IMG/VR virus record: IMGVR_UViG_3300005289_000016
Coordinates: 1 to 64,000 of that record
Strand: one strand, 5' to 3'
DNA length: 64,000 bases
In this document: in pieces, positions 39,147 through 47,814 of the stretch
Layout: the number at the start of each line of letters is the position of its first letter
Numbering within the stretch: position 1 is the first letter of the stretch
Notes under the pieces: model-generated
Told to the model about the DNA's origin: nothing
Databases searched by the model: none
The model's input: only the letters and a program-made list of their open reading frames with translations
Made by a program: the position numbers and the translations under genes

Positions 39147-39863
39147 ATGAGCGCAGAGGCTATCAAGCAATGGTTGGACTTACAGCCCACCAATATCCGT
39201 AAGGGTGTGGAGTTCGTATCGGCTGAAGAGGCTGGTCCGATGTTCCACATGAGTCTGGATGGGGAGATCAAGAAGTTCACCCCGTACGTGACTCGTCGTG
39301 CTGCACAGAAAGAGAACATCTCGGTTCCTCGTGTCTCTGTGGCTCCCAGTATCATGGGGTGCTTCGTTGGGTACGTGGCTGCTTGGGGTGACATCGTGTG
39401 GCCGGACTATGGCGGTAAGCGGCACAAGAACGGATGGTACCTCTACGAGATCCCGTACGAGTACGCCATCAAGCCGAACAAGAAACAACTGTTCGACGTA
39501 GAGCAGAGCAATGAGCACTGGCTGGTGACCTACTCTCCCACCACTCGGGAGTACAAGGGTAACATCGTCGCCAAGATGTTCTACGCTGAGCTGAAGATGC
39601 TGCCTCAGACAGGGAAAGATCCTCAGTACATGGTCAAACTACTGATTGACGTCCAGCGTGAAGGCGGGGTGTTGTTCGGGGGTGATCAGGTGCTGGAGAA
39701 AGGCTACTGGATGATCGATGGTCCGTCACCTGAAGTCCATGGCCAATGGGCTGACATCAAACCGTATACGATCAACAAGATCGGCTATGGCGAATACGCC
39801 AAACTCAAAGGCCTGTCTGCGGACATGCTTTCGTTGAACCCTCCTCCTGCATTCAAGTGGTGA
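39147..39863 (+). CDS. Hypothetical protein, possible ADP-ribosyltransferase-like fold
   Basis: MFHMS...KFTP...PRVSVAPSIMGC...WYLYEI...DVEQSNEHW; ends in PPPAFKW. Confidence 0.5.
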   Translation: MSAEAIKQWLDLQPTNIRKGVEFVSAEEAGPMFHMSLDGEIKKFTPYVTRRAAQKENISVPRVSVAPSIMGCFVGYVAAWGDIVWPDYGGKRHKNGWYLYEIPYEYAIKPNKKQLFDVEQSNEHWLVTYSPTTREYKGNIVAKMFYAELKMLPQTGKDPQYMVKLLIDVQREGGVLFGGDQVLEKGYWMIDGPSPEVHGQWADIKPYTINKIGYGEYAKLKGLSADMLSLNPPPAFKW

Positions 39864-39867
39864 GTCC

Positions 39868-40275
39868 ATGAACATCTTTGCATCACTCGAAGAAACCCTG
39901 TCACCCGTCGGTGAACCCAAAGCCCCAGTGATCGGCATGATGGTCGAAGACTGGGATGAGAACGTCCAAGACACGGCAGGCAAGTTGGTCAACATGGGCT
40001 ACGCTGTCCAGACCATCCCTAAAGGGGTCTCGTACTCCGGCGAAGCAGCAGCCAACGGCATAGTCACCCCAGACCCTGTTCCACACGGTCAAGAACCACA
40101 GGTCCTGTTTTACTACAAGGGCAAACCAGAAGACGCTTCCGAAGGGATTCCGATCCTTGTCGTTGAAGATGGCAACGTGAAAGTCAGTGTCGAAGGCAAG
40201 ATGAAAGAACTGGCTGAATACCTAGGCATGATTAAGGACGCTGACGATGATACATCTGATCACGAATATCGCTGA
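39868..40275 (+). CDS. Hypothetical acidic protein
   Basis: 135 aa; begins MNIFASLE, containing an S-L-E site. Confidence 0.6.
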   Translation: MNIFASLEETLSPVGEPKAPVIGMMVEDWDENVQDTAGKLVNMGYAVQTIPKGVSYSGEAAANGIVTPDPVPHGQEPQVLFYYKGKPEDASEGIPILVVEDGNVKVSVEGKMKELAEYLGMIKDADDDTSDHEYR

Positions 40276-40579
40276 GTGGGCGTTTGTCGCAGGCGTGGTC
40301 CTGTTGATGCTCTACCCCTACCTGTCGTACTACGCTCACCACAGGACGCTCAAGGGCATCCTCGTGGAAAACGGTATCGGTTATTGCGTAGCGTTGCAGA
40401 TCGCTGCCAGAGACCGCTTACACGAGCTCGTAGGCATGCTCTGCATCCTGTTCTTCCTAGCGGCAGTGTCCACCAAGGTCGGTTGTGCCTTGGCGATCTA
40501 CTTCTTCCAACTTTTGTACGTCATCCATCTCGCCATGAGTGCTGGGCATAAGCTCGGTACGATGCCATCCCGTCGTTAA
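40247..40579 (+). CDS. Multi-pass membrane protein
   Basis: About three hydrophobic segments; AAGGA RBS. Confidence 0.6.
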   Translation: MIHLITNIAEWAFVAGVVLLMLYPYLSYYAHHRTLKGILVENGIGYCVALQIAARDRLHELVGMLCILFFLAAVSTKVGCALAIYFFQLLYVIHLAMSAGHKLGTMPSRR

Positions 40580-40590
40580 CAGGTAATCCG

Positions 40591-41067
40591 ATGATCCTCG
40601 CCACTCCGCTGAACCATCACATCGTCACTCTCTGCACTATCTTGGAACCGGTAGCCAAAGACCCCAATTGGCACCATGATAACATCTGCTGGCTCGGGGT
40701 GGCTGTCTCGTTCATTGCCGGTCGTCAAGGCGATAACGCCGAAGCAGCTTACCCGGTCACGGTCAGAAAGATCATCGGGATTACCAGTGAGGCTCTCTTC
40801 AATGAAATCCTCACTACCCCGTCCCATCCAGCGTTCGTGACTGACAAAGAACGTCGGTTAGTTGCAGAGAAGGTGTTCGGTGAGATTGTGGCGCAGGCGC
40901 ATGAGTTGGTATTGTCGGCTGAATCCGAATGGCACGAGAGTAGTTTGATCTGTGAGCAGTTGCGCGACTTGATGGCCGGGATGTATTACGCCGTTCGTTG
41001 TGTGGCACTGTCTGCTGACATGACCGTGGAAGCAGCGTTGCAGTCCGCTGAGCTTTACAACACGTGA
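40591..41067 (+). CDS. Hypothetical protein
   Basis: 158 aa; ends just before a hairpin. Confidence 0.6.
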   Translation: MILATPLNHHIVTLCTILEPVAKDPNWHHDNICWLGVAVSFIAGRQGDNAEAAYPVTVRKIIGITSEALFNEILTTPSHPAFVTDKERRLVAEKVFGEIVAQAHELVLSAESEWHESSLICEQLRDLMAGMYYAVRCVALSADMTVEAALQSAELYNT

Positions 41068-41100
41068 CATAGGGGAGGGTTCAGGCCCTCCCTTTATGCC
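41068..41100 (+). terminator. CATA...TATG hairpin terminator
   Basis: CATAGGGGAGGGTTCAGGCCCTCCCTTTATGCC. Confidence 0.6.
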
Positions 41101-41111
41101 GTCTCGAATCT

Positions 41112-41149
41112 GATTCGAATATTTTTCAACAATACATTGTAGCAGTGAG
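41112..41149 (+). promoter_or_regulatory. Putative early promoter
   Basis: GATTCGAATATTTTTCAACAATACATTGTAGCAGTGAG; the first 19 nt are identical to the copy at 19449. Confidence 0.7.
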
Positions 41150-41194
41150 TAAGGAGAACAATCTACTTACCAATAACCTTTCAGGAGCTACACC

Positions 41195-41551
41195 ATGACT
41201 ACTAAAGCCACCCCAGCACAAATCATCGAAGCCGTTAAAGCAGCCGGTTTCAAAATCATCGACAACCACGATCCAAAGCGTGGCCTCGAAACCATCTGCG
41301 CTGTGGGTGTCCACAAGGCAGGCGGCAAAGAAGAAGTCGTGGCCCTCTACGGTCGCGTCTCTCACTTCAGCGTCAACTCGATCTACTTGGATGACGAAGG
41401 TCGCCCTCATCTGTCCACTTGGTCGGTGGGTGGGTTGATCAAACCGTACGGTGACGTCATGACTGGCGTTGAAGATTACAACGAAGGCCAGAAGCGCAAT
41501 CCGTTGTGCCCTGGCTTTATTGACCGCGTAGAACTGCGTAAAGCAGCCTAA
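41195..41551 (+). CDS. Hypothetical early protein
   Basis: AGGAG RBS; 118 aa. Confidence 0.7.
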   Translation: MTTKATPAQIIEAVKAAGFKIIDNHDPKRGLETICAVGVHKAGGKEEVVALYGRVSHFSVNSIYLDDEGRPHLSTWSVGGLIKPYGDVMTGVEDYNEGQKRNPLCPGFIDRVELRKAA

Positions 41552-41581
41552 GCACCCACCACCCGCAAGAAGGAAATAACC

Positions 41582-41704
41582 ATGCGCTTTCTCCTAGGCT
41601 TCATCACCGGCGTTGCAGTCTGCTGCTACCTCGGTGTCAAGGAACAAGAAAAGAAAACTCCTCCAGTGCAGTCAGCTCCGTCTGAACCTGCGCCGAAGGA
41701 GTAA
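41582..41704 (+). CDS. Small single-TM protein (40 aa)
   Basis: AAGGA RBS; MRFLLGFITGVAVCCYLGVKEQEKK...; followed by a hairpin. Confidence 0.6.
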   Translation: MRFLLGFITGVAVCCYLGVKEQEKKTPPVQSAPSEPAPKE

Positions 41705-41711
41705 CGGCAAA

Positions 41712-41760
41712 AGAGAGGAGCCTACGGGCTCCTCTCCCCCACTTCTTTTTCTTTGTTTCT
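41712..41760. terminator. Hairpin terminator between convergent genes
   Basis: GAGAGGAGCCTACGGGCTCCTCTC followed by a T-rich tail. Confidence 0.65.
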
Positions 41761-41768
41761 TGTCTTTC

Positions 41769-42596
41769 TTAACGGCGGCTGCCTACTGTATACCGGAGTA
41801 GCCGTTGATGCTGTGCCCGGTTTGCCATCACGCCCGACTTACGCCAGTTGTCACGCAGGTACTCCTTGTACATCTGGTTGGCATCGGCGAACGAGTCAAC
41901 GATCTCACGAATCCTGCCCAGCGACGCACCACCTCGGATAGCACCTTCGTCAAGTGGGATGATAGTCCGGGTGTAGATGTACGCCTTCACAGCAAGGATC
42001 ACCAGCTCGGTGAACTTGTCGTAATAGTGCGGTGGGATGTTGGCGAGGTTTGGCTCATGACTGACCAAGCAGCGCAAGTAGGCAATCCCCGGCACGCGGT
42101 TCATGTTGGTGATCTCGACGACGTTGTCAGCGACCAGTTGGCAGTACGCGGTCTGGACTTGGGTCCATGCGGCGTTAGACTGCATCAGGCCAGCAGCCGC
42201 CTCGAGCACCATCGAACGGTCTTCGGAGAATGTACCGACACCGCCCATGTTGTTACCTTGACCGTAGCTCAGTCCGTAAGGGACAGTGATCGAGCGGCCT
42301 TGGGTCAATTCCTTGGGGATGGTGTAGACGTACGTCCAGCGATCGACCATCTCGTTCGGAACGTTGTTCAGCGGGATGAAGATCTCCACACCAGAACACA
42401 GGTTGATGTCCACCATTACGCGGGCATCGATCACTTGACGACGGATCACGGTGTCATTGCTGATACCGGTACTGTAGTCACGGATCAGTCCATTCTTGGA
42501 CGGGTCGTAGCGGGTGGGTGAGAAGGTATAGCGGAGCACCTCCTGCGGGATTTCGAAACCTACCCTGTCAAGGGCAATTGTGATAAGGTCCATCAT
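41769..42596 (-). CDS. Conserved phiKZ-like core protein (gp42-like)
   Basis: MMDLITIALDRVGFEIPQEVL...LAVKAYIY...IREIVDSFADANQMY; GAGG RBS. Confidence 0.6.
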   Translation of the reverse strand: MMDLITIALDRVGFEIPQEVLRYTFSPTRYDPSKNGLIRDYSTGISNDTVIRRQVIDARVMVDINLCSGVEIFIPLNNVPNEMVDRWTYVYTIPKELTQGRSITVPYGLSYGQGNNMGGVGTFSEDRSMVLEAAAGLMQSNAAWTQVQTAYCQLVADNVVEITNMNRVPGIAYLRCLVSHEPNLANIPPHYYDKFTELVILAVKAYIYTRTIIPLDEGAIRGGASLGRIREIVDSFADANQMYKEYLRDNWRKSGVMANRAQHQRLLRYTVGSRR

Positions 42597-42657
42597 GGTG
42601 ACTTGCCTCGATAAGACGAAGGTACACATGATTGGGTAATACGAAAAGGAGCATAGC

Positions 42658-43326
42658 GTGAATAACGACATCGGTGGTTTGTGGGATGAGGTGCAGTTTC
42701 GTCAAGAGCTGCATGATCGCTTGTTTCATGGCGACATCTACAACCTGACCAAGCCACACCGTTTAACGCATTTGGTCCTGCACCACTGCAAGTACACTTC
42801 CAAGATTTACGGCCTGCACAACCTGTACATCCGTCAGGAATTCTACAAGTCGAATCGCCCGTTGTTCGAGGGCGACGAAGACGGGAAGAATCTTATCCAA
42901 GCCCTGTGCGTGGATGGGATGATCGTCGGGCTGTCCATGTTGAACGTCGCCAACAAACGTTACAGTGACCTCAGATCACGCGATGAACACTGGCCGTTTG
43001 ACTGCTGCGTTGGATTGCTTGTCACCCATACCGGGAAGATGGCCAAGACAATCGAAGACATCGACCACATGGCCCAGACGAACCCCATCGGTGACATCGT
43101 CAGCGTACTGAAAGAAATGATGCGCTGCTACACCGACGTCTACACGTACTTTGGCGATAGCGAACGTGACATGGTCGAGAAGATCTATGCACGCCTGAAC
43201 TTCATCGAAGAGAAGAACATGTTCGGTGAGCGGTTGCAGGCACAGATGCTCATGATCATCAACGAAGCCCGCGAGCGCAAGGGCCTTCGCAAACTGACAG
43301 CCGCAGCAGCCCGAGTGGGTAGCTAG
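42658..43326 (+). CDS. All-alpha protein, possibly MazG-like NTP pyrophosphohydrolase
   Basis: AAGGAG RBS with GTG start; HD..FHGDI, HLVLH..KY and GKMAKTIEDIDH. Confidence 0.45.
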   Translation: MNNDIGGLWDEVQFRQELHDRLFHGDIYNLTKPHRLTHLVLHHCKYTSKIYGLHNLYIRQEFYKSNRPLFEGDEDGKNLIQALCVDGMIVGLSMLNVANKRYSDLRSRDEHWPFDCCVGLLVTHTGKMAKTIEDIDHMAQTNPIGDIVSVLKEMMRCYTDVYTYFGDSERDMVEKIYARLNFIEEKNMFGERLQAQMLMIINEARERKGLRKLTAAAARVGS

Positions 43327-43361
43327 TCAAACATTTAATGAAGATACATTATCATTGTGTG
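43324..43361 (+). promoter_or_regulatory. Putative early promoter of phuZ
   Basis: TAGTCAAACATTTAATGAAGATACATTATCATTGTGTG. Confidence 0.6.
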
Positions 43362-43399
43362 CAACTCCCAAAACCATCAACCTCAATGAGGAAGTCATA

Positions 43400-44389
43400 A
43401 TGAGTCACGGTCTCTCTTCTCGTCCAGTCGGCACCATGCGTATCTACGGCTGTGGTGGCGGTGGTGTAAACATCGGTAAGGAATACCTCGAAGCCGGTCA
43501 CAGCGCTGACATCGCGAATATCGAAACCTGCTTCGTCGACACCTCCGACTCCAACCTCGAAGATCGCCTGCTCGACAAGACCTGGCTGTTCGACGGCCTC
43601 GACGGTTCTGGTGCTATCCGTCAGGAAAACGCTGACGCCATTGCCAAGGCAGTGCCGGACATCATCCGCAAGTTCCCACCTGCTGAAATGAACGTCGTGG
43701 TCTTCACCCTGGCTGGCGGTACTGGTTCGGTATCGGGTCCCCTGATCCTGAAGAAGTTGCTGGACGACGGCCACATGGCTATCGGCATCGTGGTCTGGGC
43801 TCAACAGGCCATCAAGAACGCCGAGAACACCATCGGCGGCGTGAAGACCCTGGACAACATCTCGCGTTCCTGCGGCATGCCGGGCATCATTCACCTGGGC
43901 TTCAACAAGGCAGGCGTCGTATCCGACAAGTCCGTCGACAACGAAGCTCACCTGATGATCACTGCCCTGGCTGCACTGTGCTCGCGTCGTAACCACGGCC
44001 TGGACACCGCAGACTTGAAGTCGCTGTTCAACTTCACCAAGTCGACCAAGGCTCCTGCTCAGCTGTGCCGTATCCACGTCTCCGACAACATCGAAGACTT
44101 CACCAAGCTCATGCGTTCCGGTGCTCTGGCCTCGGCGTACCTGCTGCGTGAAGCCACCGACCCGATCCCGGAAATCTTCGTACCGTACAACACCTTCGGC
44201 GTGATGCCTGCAATCGCACAAGCCAAAGGCAGTCTGTTCTTCGGTATCGAGAACGGCAGCATGGGCGAACTGCGCAAGCGCGTCTCCGAGCTGGAAACTG
44301 AAATCGCTGACCAGCAAAATGCCGCTACTGAAGCAGTGGCGTTCGCTGGCGAAAAGGACAAGCCAACGGCCTCCGGCCTGGTTTGGTAA
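43400..44389 (+). CDS. phuZ: Phage tubulin PhuZ
   Basis: YGCGGGGVNIG, FVDTS, DGSG, AGGTGS and LDTAD tubulin/FtsZ motifs; short C-terminal tail; jumbo-phage context. Confidence 0.92.
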   Translation: MSHGLSSRPVGTMRIYGCGGGGVNIGKEYLEAGHSADIANIETCFVDTSDSNLEDRLLDKTWLFDGLDGSGAIRQENADAIAKAVPDIIRKFPPAEMNVVVFTLAGGTGSVSGPLILKKLLDDGHMAIGIVVWAQQAIKNAENTIGGVKTLDNISRSCGMPGIIHLGFNKAGVVSDKSVDNEAHLMITALAALCSRRNHGLDTADLKSLFNFTKSTKAPAQLCRIHVSDNIEDFTKLMRSGALASAYLLREATDPIPEIFVPYNTFGVMPAIAQAKGSLFFGIENGSMGELRKRVSELETEIADQQNAATEAVAFAGEKDKPTASGLVW

Positions 44390-44391
44390 AC

Positions 44392-44428
44392 ACATGGACC
44401 GTGGAGGAAACTCCACGGTCCTATGCCG
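44392..44428 (+). terminator. CAT...TATG hairpin after phuZ
   Basis: GGACCGTGGAG-GAAA-CTCCACGGTCC. Confidence 0.65.
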
Positions 44429-44458
44429 CCTCACCCTTATTCTAACTGGAGAATCACC

Positions 44459-45169
44459 ATGTCGCAGAAGAAAGAAGTCATCCTCGGCCTTGACGGTAAG
44501 CCAATGTACGAGCTGATCACCAAACCTCATGCCGAACAGGCGTTCATCTGGAAGCCGATCTACGGCAGCGTTCCTCTGTTCCGCGTAGGTTTCCTCTCGC
44601 CGGTGCCTCCTCGCCATCTGGACAACCCGGAGTACATCCACGACTCCCGCCCAATCGCTTGGCCGTTGTACCACCCGTACTGGATCGTGCGCATGTCCCA
44701 CGATGCCAACATGATGATGGCCTACGTCGAAAGCGTCGACGACATCACCACCTTCTGGCCTGAAGCCACCGAGATCACGGTGTTCGAAAACAACGCCATG
44801 CGCTACGGGTTCAATGCCAACTTCCAAGAGCCAAGCTGGCTCAAAGAAGTGCATGATGTGGACTTCAAGGTAGCGCCACGCAAGATCGGTGCGTTCCGTA
44901 TCTTCGACGACGAAGACGACACCTTCAACATCCTGGGCTACAGCGACGATCTGGACTACGCCATCCAGCTCAACAACCACAAGCTGGAATACGGCGTGCA
45001 CCCGAGCAACGAGTTCCAGGCTGAATACAAGACCTGGGAAACCCTGACCATCGAGATCTACCCGGCCAACAACATGGACGAAGCCAAAGCTCGTTACGAA
45101 GAGCTGGTCAAGTTCCATACCCCGGCAGACCTCGCAGAAGGTGGCCTCCCGACGAACTTTAAGTTCTAA
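44459..45169 (+). CDS. Hypothetical protein with a degenerate C-terminal GIY-YIG-like domain
   Basis: IGAFRIFD...NILGYSDDL...GVHPSNEFQAEY...MDEAKARYEEL. Confidence 0.55.
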   Translation: MSQKKEVILGLDGKPMYELITKPHAEQAFIWKPIYGSVPLFRVGFLSPVPPRHLDNPEYIHDSRPIAWPLYHPYWIVRMSHDANMMMAYVESVDDITTFWPEATEITVFENNAMRYGFNANFQEPSWLKEVHDVDFKVAPRKIGAFRIFDDEDDTFNILGYSDDLDYAIQLNNHKLEYGVHPSNEFQAEYKTWETLTIEIYPANNMDEAKARYEELVKFHTPADLAEGGLPTNFKF

Positions 45170-45178
45170 GAGGCATGT

Positions 45179-45484
45179 ATGCACAGACAAACCACCGTAG
45201 TAATTGGGGCAGCGGACAAAGGCAATCTGGATGAAGACTTCGGTAACATCCATGATTGGCTGCGGGATACCGACATTGAAGATTGTCGCCCGCTGTTCAA
45301 ATGTCTTGCCGACCACTATGACGACGGTCTTAAAGCGGCTGTTGTCTTGCGCCACGTGGACGGTGATGACGTGTCCCATGAGCTGGTGATCCTCCATGAC
45401 GAGCTGCTCAAACGCTACTCGTCACCGATCATCAGCGAAGAACCATCGTGGAATGAATTCCTTTACAGGGCCGGTGCCAAGTAA
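45179..45484 (+). CDS. Hypothetical protein
   Basis: GAGG RBS; operonic spacing. Confidence 0.6.
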   Translation: MHRQTTVVIGAADKGNLDEDFGNIHDWLRDTDIEDCRPLFKCLADHYDDGLKAAVVLRHVDGDDVSHELVILHDELLKRYSSPIISEEPSWNEFLYRAGAK

Positions 45485-46335
45485 TGGACTTCCACTCTAA
45501 CCTCTCTATTGGCGCTGATGGGGTCGTGCTTCGAAACAAGCACGGCCTCAGCGGCTTCTCCATCAAGGAACCTCGCACCATGAATTATCTGGAATTGGTA
45601 GAGCTGTATCGTCGTCAACTGTGGCGCGGTACATTGCGTCAAGGTATCGAATACGGCCATCGTCAGAAACGCTCGAAGGCTGAGTTCCAGCAGAAGTTGA
45701 TGAAGTACGCTCGTCGTGCTGGTCACAACTACCTGTCTGCGTTCGAAGACCGTAGTGTGCTGAAAGACCAGGACCTGCTGATCGGCTGGGCTGGCAAGAA
45801 ACTCAAGGCCAAGATGCGGGAACTGAATCGCGTGCACATCGGTCGTAAGCGTCAGAAGGTCGCGCGCAAGGTCTTCAAGGGTGACATGTTCTACTTCACC
45901 CTGCGTGATACCGTCCTGACCCGCAAGATGATGCCGGTGACTGATCTGGTAGCCGATGACTTCATGATCGGTGAGCTGGCTGAAATCATCCTGTGCCGCA
46001 ATGGCAAGCAAGGCACCATGAAGCTGCTGGACGCTGAAGGCGTGTGGCGTAACGTTCAGTGGCAAGAACAACCAAGCGTATCCGATGCCGACGTATTGCT
46101 GGCCTGGGCTCCGCTCACTGTTGTCCGCACTTGGTCAGGTAGCACTAACATCCTTCCTAGACCACTCTTCCGCGGTCCTCGTCTCCGCTCGAAGACCCCT
46201 CCCTTCTTCTGTGGAAGCAATATCCCACCTGAAGAAGATCGTGGCTTAGGGATCATCTCAGAATCCACGATCGAGAGTTCTCCGAGCCAGTTCAGCCCGA
46301 CCTACACGACTCCACCGGTTGAGAAATCCGAATGA
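45484..46335 (+). CDS. Hypothetical basic protein
   Basis: TAATG overlap; Arg/Lys-rich. Confidence 0.6.
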   Translation: MDFHSNLSIGADGVVLRNKHGLSGFSIKEPRTMNYLELVELYRRQLWRGTLRQGIEYGHRQKRSKAEFQQKLMKYARRAGHNYLSAFEDRSVLKDQDLLIGWAGKKLKAKMRELNRVHIGRKRQKVARKVFKGDMFYFTLRDTVLTRKMMPVTDLVADDFMIGELAEIILCRNGKQGTMKLLDAEGVWRNVQWQEQPSVSDADVLLAWAPLTVVRTWSGSTNILPRPLFRGPRLRSKTPPFFCGSNIPPEEDRGLGIISESTIESSPSQFSPTYTTPPVEKSE

Positions 46336-46778
46336 TCAAACTGACGACCGTCCTGCACGCAGCAGACACCACGTCGTCTTTGGCCGATCTGCTGATCCTC
46401 CTGTCCAACAGTGAGGACCAGCAGATCCATGCCTTGCTTGAGCCGTTCAACGAACTGATCTGGAAGCAAGATGGCGCTCCTTCCTGCGCCATCCTGGTCC
46501 GTAACGAGATGGAAGACGGTTCATTCAACTACAACATCGGGATGAGCTTCAAAGGCGTGGACTACATGATCCATGATTATGACCTCACCCCGAACCGTTC
46601 CGTTGAAAAGCTCAAGACGTGGTTTCCTCACATCAACCCACAATACTACCGCGAGCTCAAGCTAAAGGAAGCGAATGCTAACCTCGGTCTTGAACGAGGT
46701 GCTGAGTATTTCATCGACCTGTTCGGCGAAGGCATCAAGCCGTTACCGCCTATACCTGACCGAAGGAAAAGAAAATGA
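46332..46778 (+). CDS. Hypothetical protein
   Basis: ATGA overlap with the upstream gene. Confidence 0.6.
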   Translation: MIKLTTVLHAADTTSSLADLLILLSNSEDQQIHALLEPFNELIWKQDGAPSCAILVRNEMEDGSFNYNIGMSFKGVDYMIHDYDLTPNRSVEKLKTWFPHINPQYYRELKLKEANANLGLERGAEYFIDLFGEGIKPLPPIPDRRKRK

Positions 46779-47110
46779 CCAAGCCGTTGCTGAGCCCTCT
46801 GGAAGCCTATCGTCAGGATCTGGAACAACGAGCCGCTATCGACAACAAAGCTCGGGAAGACAAGGAACGCAAGGACAAGGAATACGTGGCTCAGCATTCG
46901 GCCAAGCGTCTCCTGCAAACCAGTCCTCCTTACCCTTCCACTGTAGAAGCCCTGGAAGCCTGCGCAGCTAATCGCCAGCTCCCTGGTTGTGACTATGCCT
47001 ATGTGACAGAAGACAACCGCGTAGTGGGCATCTACGAGTACTACGACGTGACGCCAGAGCAAGCTGTCATGCGCGGACAGCGTCGCGTAATTACCCCTGT
47101 AAATCTTTGA
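46775..47110 (+). CDS. Hypothetical protein
   Basis: ATGA overlap; AAGGA RBS. Confidence 0.6.
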   Translation: MTKPLLSPLEAYRQDLEQRAAIDNKAREDKERKDKEYVAQHSAKRLLQTSPPYPSTVEALEACAANRQLPGCDYAYVTEDNRVVGIYEYYDVTPEQAVMRGQRRVITPVNL

Positions 47111-47132
47111 GACCATACATAATGAAGTTGAT
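47095..47132 (+). promoter_or_regulatory. Putative early promoter
   Basis: CTGTAAATCTTTGAGACCATACATAATGAAGTTGAT; the core matches the motif. Confidence 0.45.
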
Positions 47133-47162
47133 ATTGACACCATCAGCTTTGGAGAGTTGACC

Positions 47163-47372
47163 ATGACCACCGTCTTTGAATGTGAAACCTGCGGCAACGT
47201 TGACGACATCCACGCAACCCAGCAGACCACTGTCGGCTATGAGTGCGGTCGTTGCAAGCACGGCGAATGGCACCACCAGTTCCCGGAAGAGCGCTACGAC
47301 TTCAACAAGCACGGCCCTGCCTTGAACAAGTCCGATCCGATTGGCAGCGAAGGCTGGCCGAGTCTGGGCTAA
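47163..47372 (+). CDS. Small zinc-ribbon protein
   Basis: CETC...CGRC; GGAGAG RBS. Confidence 0.65.
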   Translation: MTTVFECETCGNVDDIHATQQTTVGYECGRCKHGEWHHQFPEERYDFNKHGPALNKSDPIGSEGWPSLG

Positions 47373-47380
47373 CATTCCAA

Positions 47381-47421
47381 ATAGACGGCGGGGTCTTCCC
47401 GCCGTCTATGGGTTATTTTTT
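47381..47421 (+). terminator. Hairpin terminator
   Basis: ATAGACGGCGGGGTCTTCCCGCCGTCTAT followed by TTATTTTTT. Confidence 0.65.
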
Positions 47422-47465
47422 AGGTCTTTAAATACCAACACCGGGTATCCTTTGAGGGGGAGACT

Positions 47466-47810
47466 ATGAACATCAAATACAAGGGGCCTACAGCGCTCGT
47501 GTTCGATGTTTCGTCCCTAATTGGTACCCTAGATGAGGGTGGAGAGTTATCGTTGCTTGCATGGCAGTTTGTGATCGAAAGAGAGCTGGTTGAGAAAGCC
47601 GGATTGACGTTGGTCTCATCTACCCCACGGTGCAAATCGTTGGAGAAGCAGTACCGAAAGATCCACGCTCTACAGGACCGGTTTGGAATGACGTTCATCG
47701 ATCAGCTGGATAGACATGTAGTCGCGCATCTGCAAGGTTACGTGGTAGCGATCGAAATGACTAATGAGATACTGGTCATGGTCAAAAGAAAAAGACTTAG
47801 CTTGGAGTGA
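47466..47810 (+). CDS. Small-protein array member 1
   Basis: GAGGGGG RBS; 114 aa. Confidence 0.6.
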   Translation: MNIKYKGPTALVFDVSSLIGTLDEGGELSLLAWQFVIERELVEKAGLTLVSSTPRCKSLEKQYRKIHALQDRFGMTFIDQLDRHVVAHLQGYVVAIEMTNEILVMVKRKRLSLE

Positions 47811-47814
47811 AGCC

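Noticed and set aside
40247-40579. Holin
   Set aside because: Only hydrophobicity supports it; there is no adjacent endolysin or spanin, so it is left as a membrane protein.
43400-44389. Bacterial ftsZ
   Set aside because: No division-cluster context, a short divergent sequence and surrounding jumbo-phage core genes indicate PhuZ.
43352-45397. 681 aa minus-strand ORF across phuZ and neighbours
   Set aside because: Antisense to three genes in compatible frames; no motifs and no RBS.
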